A DNA stretch of 64,000 nt. Origin: Selaginella moellendorffii. Lineage: Eukaryota; Plantae; Lycopodiophyta. The DNA lies in NCBI RefSeq assembly GCF_000143415.4, contig NW_003314262.1, forward strand, positions 2,964,603-3,028,602. The letters run 5' to 3'. Position numbers and translations under genes: made by a program. Under the pieces are notes generated by a model. The model was not told the DNA's origin. It saw only the letters and a list, made by a program, of their open reading frames with translations, and did not search any database. Positions 50,676 through 63,832 of the stretch are shown here, piece after piece (positions within the stretch are counted from its first letter, which is position 1; each line of letters begins with the position of its first letter).

Positions 50676-50981
50676 TCAGTTCTTCTTGCAGGAACTTCCG
50701 GTCCAGCGCCAGCCCATCTTGCAGCGGTGGCAAGAACCCGAGTACCAGTTCCAGTACTCCGGACATCGGTGGCAAGAATTGTTGTACCAGTACCACGGGC
50801 ATTGGTGGCAAGAATTGTTGTACCAGTACCAGCGGGGCGGGCAAGAGACGCACTTCTTCCCATCCCAGTGCCGCCCCGGCTTGCATCGCCCATGGGCGCT
50901 CGCACTTGCAATTCCTCCAATGTCAACTCCCACCAGGAGCACCACCACAAGCATCGCCAGCAGCATCTTGTTGCTCGCCAT
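50676..50981 (-). CDS. Cys/Trp-repeat small secreted protein, copy 5 (type B, intact, 101 aa)
   Basis: Signal peptide MASNKMLLAMLVVVLLVGVDIGGIASASA plus five repeats (the third is 12 aa); TATAAAT at about 51101-51107. Confidence 0.92.
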   Translation of the reverse strand: MASNKMLLAMLVVVLLVGVDIGGIASASAHGRCKPGRHWDGKKCVSCPPRWYWYNNSCHQCPWYWYNNSCHRCPEYWNWYSGSCHRCKMGWRWTGSSCKKN

Positions 50982-53193
50982 CTTTTTTAAGAACGCCTCT
51001 TGCTTTGATGTGATCCCAGACTTGTGAACGAGATTGGAGAAAGCTAGAGAAACTTGGAGGAGCTTGAGTACTTTGATGTGCTTGAGTATGGAGTGGGAGG
51101 ATTTATAGTGCAGGAGAGCGTGTTATAGTTCCGGATGACTCGCTGACTTTTTCGACGTTGAAAAGTAAAATGTCAAGCCCTGCGGATACGGATGTAGTCC
51201 TTCGACCGTGTCAGGCGCAAAGTCAGACGTTTTGGGTATTTGTGCTTTCATGGTAGTAAAAAACATTAATGTTTTACAACGTCTGGAGTAAAATGGGTTT
51301 GCCAAAACATAATTCTTGCAGATGCTATGCTTGAGAATCATTTAGATTCATTTCTAATGAGGAATGTTATTGAATGAATTTCTTCCGCTTTTAATGACCT
51401 CAGCTCCCAGACTGCATTTTTACCTGGATTTGCCTGTGCACGTAGACAAGGAACTCCACATAAGGCGAGCCCAGCCCGCTCTTAAGGAGTGGAACATCAT
51501 CTCTGTAACAAAACCGAATGAGCAAGAGTGCCTCGAAAAAGAAAAAATGAGTGTGTTTGATCACCTAAAGGATCTCCCCGCTTCAGCAAATGCAACCTAG
51601 AATAGCAAGCATTTGCTATTCTAGGTTGCATTTGCTGAAGCGGGGAGATCCTTTAGGTGATTTAGCATCCGCATTAGAAAGACTAGTGAGAGTTTTTTTT
51701 TATCGAAACATACCGCAGGTAAGAGCAGCGTTGACGACGGATCTCGTTCACCATCTTGTTCAGCAAAATTGATGGCTCGTTATCGTACTCTTGCAACAAA
51801 AACTGCAAAAGAGAACAAGAGTAAGAAAATTACGAGTCATACGAGCAAGGGAATGTAGTACCTGTCCGGGAATCACTTCATTCACAGACCGCACTTCAAA
51901 GAGTTGATGAAGCAGCTCAGAGGAAACAGCCTTCCCTGCGTATAGAAAAGCGTCCTCACCGGTCTCCAAAAGAAAGATTCCTTCTGGGTCCAGGTTCTCA
52001 CTTGATAGAGGAAGTGTCAGTGGTAGACTTGACTTGTCCAGCTATGCAAAACGCACTTTAATCAGAGTACCAAAGAGATAACTAGTACCTTTGGTATGTT
52101 GTGGATGGAAAATAGTCTAGGATATACCAATGGTATTGCCAGGGATGCTGAGATACTTGTAGCTTGCATAAGCCAGTAAGCCCTTTCATCAACATGAGCA
52201 TCTTGCCACAGACCCATGCTCTTTGTAAGAGCTGTAATGAAGGAAATGAGATTGTGAAAAGTTAAAAGAAAAACAACATGAAACTTACTGAGTGTATACA
52301 GCAGTAGCAACTTGGGGAGGTAGGCATGCCTTGAACAGTGGAAGCCAAATGAGTGTAATATGTTTGGACTAAAGGCTTTAATTTAGATAGTCAAAAGTGG
52401 GAGTGGAATTCCTAACAAAGTGCTTGAGGAACGAGCATGAAATAAGCAGTAAGTGAGTATCTAGAAAAGGGACACAAGAGGACTAACACATGACACATGA
52501 AACTGTTTGAGATGGAGTTCGAGTCCGAGTCTAATTCTAAGTGCGAGTGCGAGTGCGAGTGTGAGTCTGAGTTTGGGTCCAAGTCTGAGTCCGAGAAGGA
52601 GTCTGAATCCGAATCCAAATATGAGTCTGAGTTCAAATCCAAAGGTGAAAGCCTAAAGCGTTTGTATCCCAGACTTTGGGGGGTTTGATGAGTTCCAAAA
52701 GTATAATAAGGGGAAGACTTTAATAGAGCTAATTTAGCTAAGAAATACTAGTATGACCAAGGAAGGTTATTATCACGTAGTGGGTGATAATAAAATTGTT
52801 GAGGAGTCCAAGGCTAGAGTGAATATGAATAGACAAGTGGGGTAGCTTGGTGAAATATTCAAAAATTGGCTCTAGCTCCCTTGAGAGATCAAATGGTCAA
52901 TACTCCCAATCCAAGTGTGGGTGGCACTACCTACTTGGATACTAGCATGGCTCATCAGAACCTCGCTTTAGCCACATAGTTAGGGCATTTAAAGACAGAA
53001 GGTGGGGAGAGTACCCACGAGGCTTGCATAAAGCTATAGTGTTTCAAAATGTCATCCCAAAGTCCCAAACTGTGAAAAGGAAGAGGAATAATCCTCTGAT
53101 GTAGTGATCAAGGATACAATCATATGGTGAGGAAGTTTCAAAGGACAATACGACTTAGTAATCGAGCCTTTAAACCTTGACCCAATGGTAGTG

Positions 53194-56100
53194 TATAAAC
53201 CACAAATTTTTCCTTTCCAATTTGCCAGCTTACCTCGTCTATCCGACCAACACTACCTTGGCTTGTGCTAAGTTCCCTCGCCAAGGTTCTTGCTTATTGC
53301 ACCAGCTCCTACTTGGTCCTACTTGGTTTCAACTAATCACTGCACGAGCAACGAAGAATTAGCCTTCCATCCACAGATTCCCAAATCCCTCCCAATCCCC
53401 CTTCTCGGGTTAGACTGGACTTAAGGTTCGGCTACACTCCCCGCAGGCACAAGCAGCCAGGCACACCAAGCCTCCAGGTTCCTAACACCCCTTGGTACAA
53501 CAAGACTTGATCATGGGACCCTCTAAATCCCAAGCCTTGAGTGTAACACTTGCTTCGGGACATCAGGGCGAAACACCGTGGCCTAACGGCCCGGTATAGG
53601 TACCTCTACCCCCCCCCCCCCCCCCCCACTTCCATCCCGAAGGGAAGGCCCAAGCCCCTAGGAAGGGCGAGGACCAATGAGCCACAAGGTTCTCAAGTGG
53701 GGCACCACTTCACATGAGCCGGGAGCACCACAGTCGGTTTCCCTTTCGAGAGTGGGAGCTGCTCTTGAGCACTTCCCTGGGTGGCCCCTCCGGCACCACC
53801 CAAGCCCATACTCACTCCCACCCAAGCCCATACTCACTCCCACCCAAGGGCCTTCGGCCCCAGTTTCAACCTCAAATCAGTTTGGAAGCACCATTGGAGA
53901 GTTCCTTCAAGACTGGTTCCTGGACCTCACTATCCCTACTATACTTTTGGAACCCCCGACAGCCCCCCCCCCGCCCCCCCCCCGGGAGACGCATGCTTTG
54001 GGCTTTCACCCCTTGACATGTATTAGTATTTGGACTTAGTCTCAGATTCGATCTCGGACTCGATCTCGGACCCAACTTCGGACTCGGTCTCGGACTTGAT
54101 CTCGGGCTCGATCTCGGACTCGACCTCGGACTCGGTCTCGGACCCGATTTGGATCTCGGACTTTGTCTCGAGCTCGGTCTTGAACTTGGTCTCGAACTCG
54201 GTCTCCAATTCAGCCTCAGACTCGATCCCGGACTCTATCTCGAACTTGGTCTTAGAGTTGGTCTTGGACTCGATCTTCGACTTGGTCCCATCCGATGAAC
54301 TCTTTGTCATTTCGGTCATGCTTTTGGGGATCCTTTAGCCTACGGCATCTCGGGGAGTCGGTTCCTTACAACTCCACCACCCATAGAAGAAGTTCGATGC
54401 CCACATCGAACATCTCTTTTTATCCTACGACTTGTTGACCATGTCTCCGGGGGCATCCCCCCACTTAGCGGTGTGCCTAAGTTAACCTCCCCGGCCAAGA
54501 GCCCACGACAACGGAATATAGGTGTCTCTATACCCCTCATCACCACGCCCTAGTATGGGGTCGGGACTTGAACCCAACCTTGCTTTATTAGAGGGTTGGG
54601 ACTCGAACCCAACCTCCGTAGAATACGTCTACGGATTCGACATCCCCGCGGGGAGTCGGGCGTAGTGCCCTACGCCTAATCGACCTAGCTAACCCATGCT
54701 AATTAGCTTACCTTCGGTGCGCCTTCGGGTCCCAATATATGCCATTGCTCAACTTCACAAATTGATATTTTAATTGAACTTTGCATAAGTACATAGAGTT
54801 TTGCCTTGCAGAAATTCCTCCACTAGATCTCGCACATTCGCTAGGTTCTCCTCCAGTTCCCATGTTGCTTCGTAGTGTGGAAATCCTTTCCACTTCACAT
54901 GGAACTCTCTCACCTCGCGTCCTTGTCGCTTGCTCTTGCGTGCATTGAGGATGGCCTCAACTTCGTATTCCTCTTCCCCTTGGATAACCTCAGGTAAAGG
55001 TCTTGCTTGGTCCTTGCGAAGCGGATCCTCAAAGTACGGCTTAAGTAAGTTCACGTGGAACACTGGGTGCATCTTCCCCATCTCTCGAGGAAGTCGGAGG
55101 CGGTAAGCCACTTTACTGATTCGTGCCTCAATCTTGTAAGGCCCCACGAACCTACTTAAGGAACTTAAGATCAATTCATTTACAGGAATACATGCGTTTT
55201 TACCTTTGGGTCAACTTCCGGCTGATCCCACTTGGTAGCCTGAGGTTCTTGGTATTCAGCCACACCTTCTCCCCAGCTTGGAACTCTACATCCCGACGCT
55301 TCTGGTTCGCATACTTGGTTTGCCTTTGTTGAGCTCGTTCCAAGGAATCCCTCACTAGATTCCAGATGTTGAGTCTTTCCACCGTGAATGCCTCCATTGC
55401 GGGTAACTCTCCATGATACTCGGCCATGCCGAGTTCCACAGGACCTTCAATAGCTCACCCATTGATGACTTCCCATGGACTCACCCCGATACTTGAATGT
55501 GGTGAGTTGTTATAACACATTTCTGCAAATCCCAAATGACTTACCTAATCGGTCTGGTCTCTAGAGACATAGCATCGCAAATAATCCTCCAGCTGCCTAT
55601 TCACCCTTTCTGTTTGTCCATCTATCAAGAAGTATTAGTGTCATCCAACTTGACTTAATACCCCATACCTGTCTGTGGGTGGTAGGCTGTGCTGAATTCA
55701 ACTTCGTGCGATACTGTTCTAGGAGAGTTCTCCAAAACCTACTAGTGAAGATCTTATCTCGATCTGAGATAATCTCTTCTGGCCTTCCCCACACTTGAAC
55801 CACTTGTTCGAAGAACAGCTTTGCCACACCTTCCGCATCCACTTCCGTTGTGGTGGGTATGAAATGTGCCATCTTCAAAAATCGGTCCACCACCACGAAT
55901 ATCGCATCAAACCCCTCACTTGGGGGGAGTCCCGTGATGTAGTCCATCGTAAGACATTTCCACGGACGATCTGGAATTGGGATGCTTTGCAACAAGCCCC
56001 CATTAGCCTTAGTCACGGCTTTTACCTGCTGACATATTGGACATGTCTTTACATAGTCTTGGACGTCCTTAGCCATATTTGGCTAGTGATACTTCCTCTT

Positions 56101-59100
56101 GAGTAAGCCCATCGTTTTGGGCACTCCGCCGTGTCCCGCAAGAGGTCCATCATGACACTCTTCTAAGGCTACCTTCCTTAGTTCCCCTTCTAGAACATAC
56201 ACCCTCGTTTGCTTGTAATAGATGAGTCTGTTGTGTTTCGCATAGCCCGTTTTCTCTTCCGTTGGCAGCTCAACTCTCTAGTGAGCTTCCCGTGCCTCTA
56301 GATTCCTTAGCAACACTTCTTGTGCTAGACCATCGTTCTCATATGCTGTCTGCACATCGTCCCAAAAGGTTGCTGTCGCACTAGATATCGCTAACTTCAA
56401 GCTCGTTTTTCGACTTAGCGCATCTGCCACGATATTGCTCTTCCTAGGCTTGTACAGGATTTCGCAATCAAACTCGGCCAAGGCATGGGCCCACCGACCC
56501 TGTTTCCCTCTCAGGTCGGGCTGTGACAAGAAGTGTTTCGTTGCCACATTGTCCGTTTAAACCTTGAAGTGTCTCCCAAGGTAGTGTCGCCACTCCTTGA
56601 GCGCCTTGACCACCGCAAACAGTTCCTTCTCGTGAGCAGGCCACTTCCTTTGAGCCTTGTCCAACTTCTTCGAGAAGAACACTACTGGATAGTTGTCTTG
56701 CTTCAAAACTGCACCCAACGCAAAGTCTGAAGCATCTATTTCTACCTCAAAGTCCTTACCAAAGTCTAATAATGCCAACACGGGAGCCTTCCTCAACTTC
56801 CCTTTGAGGTGGATGAATGCCACCTCATATTCCGCTGTCCATACCATCTTCTCTTTTCCTGTTTGGTCCGTTAAGGGTAGGGCTACTCTCGAATAGTGTC
56901 TGATAAACTTTCGGTAGTAGTTGCATAGCCCCAAAAATGCCCTCAACTCATGTACATTCGATGGTCACTCTCATTCCTGGATCTCTTGGACCTTCTTTGG
57001 GTCCACCTTGAGCCTGTCCTTGCCCACCACATGCTCGAGAAACTTTACCTCTTGTTGGCAAAGTCACATTTGCTCTCTTTAGCATATAGTTTGTGTTCCC
57101 TTAGTTTTTCAAACACCTTCGCCAAGTGTTCGGCATGCTCCTCTAGCGTCTCGCTATAGATCAGGATGTCGTCGATATAGACGACCATGAAGTGAGCTAG
57201 ATAGGGTACAAAGATGTGGTTCATCAGCGCCGAAAATGTTGCCGGCGCATTACATAGCCCGAAGGGCATCACCAGAAACTCAAAGCTCCCATACCTCGTT
57301 CGACAGGTTGTCTTCTCGACATCTTCCTCGGCTACGCTGATCTAGTAGTATCCTAACCTTAGGTCAATCCTCGAGAAGTATTTTGCCTTTCCCAACCAAT
57401 CGAACAGGTCCTCAATCCTTGGCAAAGGGTATTTGTTCTTCTTTGTATACTTGTTGAGCAACCGGTAGTCTATGCACATGCGCATAGATCCATCTTTCTT
57501 TTTCACAAATAACACTGGCGCCCCATATAGCGACTTGCTCAACCTAACATACCCTTTGTCCACCAACTCCTCTAGTTGGCACTTGAGCTCCTTGAGTTCT
57601 TTTTCGTTCAAACGATAGGGGGGACGAACCACCGCCTCAGCACCCTCGACTAGCTCAATCTTATGTTCTATCGGTCGTGCGGGGGGCAACCCCGCCAGTA
57701 GCTCCTCCTGCATGGTATCCTGGAATTGGTCCAACACCCGCTGGATCACTAAAGGTACTTCTTCCATTTCTGTCTTTTTGTCACTCTTCACCGAGAGTAA
57801 ACACAAAAATGCTGCCTTAGTTCCTTTAGTGAGTTGTCCTCTCGTGGACACTCCCAAGGAAGAAGATTTAGGGTGGAGGCCCAGGATCTAAAGGTAGGGC
57901 AAAAAAAGGCCAAAGATTCCTACTTAAACCTGCATTTGCCAGTACCACAAGGTTTCTACCTAGTTCATGCAAGGCTATCACGAACCGATTAAACCAATCC
58001 ATTCCGAAGATCACGTCAAATCCCGCCATATCCAACACGGTGAAATCCATGTCCACCTTCCAAGTCCCCACTTCGACTCTCGCTTGTCGAAGTACCTCAT
58101 CGGTGCTTTGGCTACCTTGAACAAGCTCTATAGTCCTTGGTTCGCCTAGCCGCTGCACCGCTAGTCCGACTTGCCAGACTATGTCTACAACCACAAAATT
58201 ATCCGAAGCACCCGTGTCAATTAAGATCTTAACAAAGCTACCTCCGAGCTTCCCTCGGAGGGCTAGTAGATGTCGCGAACGACTCTCTACCAAAGTTGCT
58301 CGTGTAATGAGTAACTTTGAGTTAGGGACTGGATCACATACCTCAGTTTAGACTTCACCCAGTTTGATGGCCATATTGGCTCTAGCCTTCTTCAGGTAGG
58401 GACATTCCCTCGAAAAGTGTCCCTCTTCACTGCAGTTGTAGCATATGTTGTTTCTCACGCTACTATACAACTTGACCTTCTTATCTATAGGTTTGTCTCT
58501 TTTCACTTGACACCCCCACGTACTCACTTGCTGGCCACCGGATTTGCCTTTCCGGAACCCCGAGGACTCATTCTTAGAGAAACTCTTCTTGAATTTCCCT
58601 CGGCTATACGTTCCCCTTGGTTTGGCCCCTTTGCTAAACGTGGACCCTAACCCCATCGTGTTTCCCTTTCACAGGTTATCATTGAAATGCACCTTGATGG
58701 CCGCATCCAACGCTTCCTTATAATTGGTCGGGTTCCACCGCATCACCTCACCGCGAGCCCAAGTTTGCAAACCTGATATGAAGGCATGGAACGCATCCAT
58801 ATCCCCCATATCCGTGACAAGTATCCTCTTTGCCATAAACCCATTCACATACTCCTGAATGGTTCTAGTCTGCTTCAGCCTACTCAGCTCATCTCTTAGA
58901 TGCAAAGTAGCATTCGGAGGAATGTAAGTCGTGCGGATCCTCGCCTTCATCATTTCCCAAGTGGCCACCGGTCCTTCGTTGGCCTCTGTTGTTCTCCACC
59001 AAGACTTGGCATTATCTACCAAGTATGGTTTTGCATATGGGACCTTCTCCGAGCTTGGTAACCGCAACGCTCGGAAGTAGTCCTCCATATCATAAAATAT

Positions 59101-60758
59101 ATCCTCCACCACCTTATAGTCATTCACTCCCTTGAAAACTGGTGGGGGCTTTGGTTTGTCCTTGGGAACTGCCTGAGGGACTGATTCCACTTCGGTCTAT
59201 TCGACCTTGTTTGGTTCTGCCTCAGTCCCTACCGAAGGGTCCGCACCCTCTGCGCTGCCAGCATTCGTAGTCTTTCGCTTTTTCTTCCGCTTCTCATCAC
59301 GCTTTAACTTGCATACGAGAGTCTCTAGCAGGGCATTGGTTTGTGCCAATTGTCCTTTTAGAACGTCCAATCAAGCCTTGGATGACCGAACCTCACCACT
59401 GGACTCCTGTTTGGAAGTTGTCTCACTTGAGTCCTCCTCATGCAAGGATTCCTCATCCATAACCTCTTGTTTGACTGGAGGCTCCAGCTCTGCAGGAGGT
59501 TTTGTCTCCGCCTTGGTTCGTTTCCACCCTGCCTTTGCCATCTCCCAGCAATCCGCCTCTATCCTTCGCTAGAACTAAGGAAAAGGCTCCGATACCAAAT
59601 TGTAAGCCACAAATTTTTCCTTTCCAATTTGCAAGCTTATCTCGTCTATCCGACCAACACTGCCTTGGCTTGTGCTAAGTTCCCTCGCCAAGGTTCTTGC
59701 CTATTGCACCAGCTCCTACTTGGTCCTACTTGGTTTTAGCTACTCACTGCACGAGCAACGAAGAGTTAGCCTTCCATCCACAGATTCTCAAATCCCTCCC
59801 AATCCCCCTCCCCGTGTTAGACTGGACTTAAGGTTTGGCTACACTCCCCGCAGGCACAAGCAGCCAGGCACACCAAGCCTCCAGGTTCCTAACACCCTTT
59901 GGTACAACAAGACTTGATCATGGGACCCTCTAAATCCCAAGCCTTGGGTGCAACACTTGCTTCGGGACATCGGGGTGAAATACCGTGGCCTAACGGCCCG
60001 GTATGGGTATCTCTACCCCCCCACTTCCATCCCGAAGGGAAGGCCCAAGCCCTTAGGAAGGGCGAGGACCAATGAGCCACAAAGTACTCAAGTGGGGCAC
60101 CACTCCACATGAGCCGGGAGCACCACAGTCGGTTTCCCTTTCAGGAGTGGGAGCTGCTCTTGAGCACTTCCCTGGGTGGCCCCTCCGGCACCACCCAAGC
60201 CCATGCTCACTCCCACCCAAGGCCCCTCGGCCCCAGTCTCAACCTCAAGTCAGTTTGGAAGCACCACTGGAGAGTTCCTTCAAGACTGGTTCCTAGACCT
60301 CACTATCCCTACTATACTATCCCTGCAGCCCCCCCCCCCCCCCCCTTGGGAGATGCACGCTTTGGGCTTTCACCCCTTGACCTGTATTAGTATTTGGACT
60401 TAGTCTCAGATTCGATCTTGAACTCGATTTCGGACCCGACTTCGGACTCAGTCTCGGACTCGATCTTGGGCTCGATCTCGGACCCGATCTTGGACTCGAC
60501 TTCAGACTCGACCTCGGATTCAGTCTCGGACCCGATTTGGATCTCAGACTCTGTCTCGAGCTCGGTCTCGAACTCGGTCTCGAACTCAGTCTCCGATTCG
60601 ACCTCGGACTCGATCCCGGACTCTATCTCGAACTTGGTCTTAGAGTCGGTCTTGGACTCGATCTTCGACTTGGTCCCATCCGATGAACTCTTTGTCATTT
60701 CGGTCATGCTTTTGGGGATCCTTTAGCCTACGGCATCTCGGGGAGTCGGTTCCTTACA
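53194..60758 (-). mobile_element. Full-length but decayed Ty3/gypsy chromovirus; LTRs 59601-60758 (5') and 53194-54370 (3')
   Basis: TSD TAGTG; tRNA-Met PBS at 59585-59597; PPT at 54371-54382. Confidence 0.95.
54770..59550 (-). pseudogene. gag-pol (gag with CCHC, protease, RT, RNase H, integrase, chromodomain) with multiple stops and frameshifts
   Basis: [78 protein letters not shown]. Confidence 0.93.
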
Positions 60759-61259
60759 TAGTGTTGGCAAGCACAGCTGTGAATGGAGAAAGACTTAGTG
60801 GGGATTGAAGAAGGGATATTGGGGAAGGGTGTTCCTTATGTTTCCAAGCATTTTAAGGGTGCTAAAGTGTGGTCAAGGGATGACCACTCATGGGCAGATA
60901 GTCCATTTTTTGAGAGATGAGACTGTGATGTAGGTGGTCTTAGACTATTGATGGGACAAGGGTGAATGAATATGGCCTTAGCGTAATGGGCTAATATATT
61001 AGTGGTACCTTTGGGTGTTGGTCATGGGATTGGACATGTGAAGCACTTGGACCAAGTGCAAAGGCTAAGTGGCATAAATGCCATTTATAGCACTAGTATG
61101 TCCCAAGTCAAAAATAGGACTTATGGAAGTTGTGAGCGAGACTTCTTCAAGTGGTCAAATGTGTGGTTAAGTGACTAAAGTAAAATAGAAATTTTAGTTT
61201 TTTACAATGGTAATTCCATCACTCATTTAAGTCAATGTGTTTCCCATAAAGTATGATTT

Positions 61260-61870
61260 CTATTAACTTTTAGAGTTATTTCCTTGACAGTTTGCTAGAC
61301 TTGGGTATGCATCAACGAGGACGTCGATCTTCCCTAAGGGGGGGAGAGTGTCATAAATGTGACTTCGGGTATCGAAAGATACTTGTTAGCCAATCCTTAC
61401 AAACACTCTTTCTTTACTACCATGACAGCAAAAGGTTAGTATAGTTGGATCCCATTAGAAGCCCCTTTTGTGCTAGTGGAGTTAATTGGGCATTTCGAAT
61501 GTACTTAGACTAAAAAAACATAAGGATGGAATTCCTACGTGCTATTAATTAAACATACTTATTTTGGTAAGGAGTTCTTGTCTCATTATATTTTACACTG
61601 GCTAGTGACAAGAATCCCTATATATTGAGATTAATCCCTCAATATCATCAAATGATAGCTTACCGTGTCTACTAAACACATTTGCTATCATGCCCTAAAT
61701 GTTGGTCCCATTTAGTCTTAATTACTATTTAAGATTTGCCACTCCATAAATAATAAGTTTCAAACTTATCCCAAAAACTAACTCCTGGTACAGGGAGGCT
61801 AGGGGTGAAAGTCTAAAGTATGTGTTCCTCAAAGGGGAGATTCCAAATGTATAGTAGGGATAGTGGCTAG
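61260..61870 (+). mobile_element. Family-B LTR fragment with upstream PPT
   Basis: gggggggagag then TGTCATAAATGTGACTTCGGG at 61349; reverse-complement match to the 23000-24050 and 26640-27252 copies. Confidence 0.7.
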
Positions 61871-62816
61871 AATACATGTTCGACCATTTGAGATATTAGT
61901 TTAGCTTCTGTTTAGTGTTGACTAAATCCATATTTGGTGTCAACTAAATCGATATCTTGCAGTTCTACAATCTGAGCAGGAGTTGATAATCCCCCAGTCT
62001 GTGCTACCACGATTCATAGAAATATTAGCTTGGACAATATTCAATACCTCTCTTGATGGAAGCATGTTATATACATGCTTCCAATTGGGATCATAAGCCT
62101 CATGTACTTGTATAGCATTGGTCTCGAAATTCCAAGGTAAGTTGCAAGGTAATTAGTAGTTTTAGTCTAGAGAATTCAAGTAACAAAATTAATTAGACTT
62201 CCAAAGCCTCGCAACTATACAAATTTAGTACACAATTAGTATGACAATAGATAATTTAACTTACCTCAAAAACATCTCTATCCTCAATGGTCTCACTCTC
62301 AACACTTGATTTATCAGAAACATTAATGCCATGATATACAACACTATGTTCTTCATCCTCCATTAGACTTGCTTCTCCAATTAGATAAGGAAAAGCCTAC
62401 ATAAATCAGGTGGTTCCACACACACCATTAGGAAATACTTTAGGCCAAAACAGTTTCAACATTGCAACCGAAAAAATAAATGATCTACAAACAGGAAATA
62501 GACTTCACCTCCTACCAGAAAAACTGCCAGTTGAATCCTGTCTTGGGTAGCAACATTAGAGACCAGGACAAGCTACCAACCCTAAGTTAACAAGTCAAAG
62601 TTATGCCAATGAATGAATGGTCCATGCATACGTGTGTATGAGTGATAATGGAAACATGCCATGGCCATCCGATGGGCATATTATGGCCATAAAATTATAG
62701 ACGAATTGGAAGACAACATGTCAGTTTTTGCATATGATCATCCACACACAATTTATAAATTGAACACCATAACTTCCTCTTTTTTTAACCGATGCTACAT
62801 TAGCCCTTTGATTCTA

Positions 62817-62850
62817 CCTGAGGTAGATAGTTCAAGCCTCTCTCACCCCA
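62817..62850 (+). pseudogene. tRNA-Met 3' half relic
   Basis: cctgaggtagatagttcaagcctctctcacccca matches 47791-47824. Confidence 0.75.
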
Positions 62851-62925
62851 TGTTTATCCCAATAAGTTTGCAATTTTATTTAAATCAGATTTAAAATCAC
62901 AATTCATTTTGTGCCTCCAATTTGG

Positions 62926-63245
62926 TTAGTTCTTGATGCAGTGGTCCTTTGCTCCATTTCCAGCCAAACTGGCATTGGTGGCACTTGTTGTTGTACCAGT
63001 ACCAGTTTCTCAGGCAACTCACGCATTTGCTTCCACTCCACTTCCATCTGGAGAGGCATCGGTGGCAATCGCTGCTATACCAGTACCAGTCTTTGGGACA
63101 CTGGATGCACTTATGGCCGTCCCAGTTCCATCCAGATTTTGCATTGCCAGTGGGCTGTTGCGTTGGTGGTCCCACTGACGTCCACTCCAACCAGGAGGAT
63201 TGTCACAAACATGGCCAGAAGCATCAGCTGGGACTTGCTCGCCAT
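62926..63245 (-). pseudogene. Cys/Trp-repeat protein, copy 6 (type A; two +1 frameshifts)
   Basis: 320 nt versus 318 nt for copy 2; extra A after the first Cys codon and another in the last repeat. Confidence 0.9.
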
Positions 63246-63832
63246 TGTATTGTCAATTTAGCAATATAAACTAATTTCTTTTCTTGTATCCCTTCTTTGC
63301 TTTGCTGTATTATGGTGCCAATTTATATGGAGGATTTGAGGCTGAGTCTAAGTAACAATGCTATGTACACGGTTTTTACTGCTTCTCGGGCATGATATGT
63401 CGTGTTTGATTGACGGGGTCAAGAAACAAGTGTACGACTTTATCCAGATGAAACAACCTCGAGTTTCGTTGTGAAATTATCAAAAATATCCCGGTGACTA
63501 TAAAAATGTTTATCTATCTATCTATCTCGTTGCGATCAATCACTATTTTATATGAATTGCCTCATATGCATTAAAAAATATGATAATGTTTTCAAAAGTG
63601 AACGCACTTATTGATATGGTGGAGAAAAGGCCTCCAAGCTTCTAAACATTCCGAAAAAACTTTATGAAATATTAGAAAATGAAACTCAAGCAGCAAGGCA
63701 GGATGAAATCTCTTCCGATCCTGCCAAGGAAATGGGACTTCCGCTACCATAGAATGGACGACACAGTTTATTTACCAAAAGGTTATTACAATTGGCTATT
63801 ATACAAGTTTCAGCATGGAAATGATGGGCAAT

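Larger units (their letters stand above)
52335..61206 (+). mobile_element. 5'-truncated solo LTR of the 3543-11698 family, split by the 53194-60758 insertion
   Basis: 52335-53193 and 60759-61206 are collinear with about 3605-5198 and end in ...tttaca. Confidence 0.85.

Noticed and set aside
51364-52310. Short ORFs between the type B gene and the solo LTR
   Set aside because: No recognisable domain; frequent stops.
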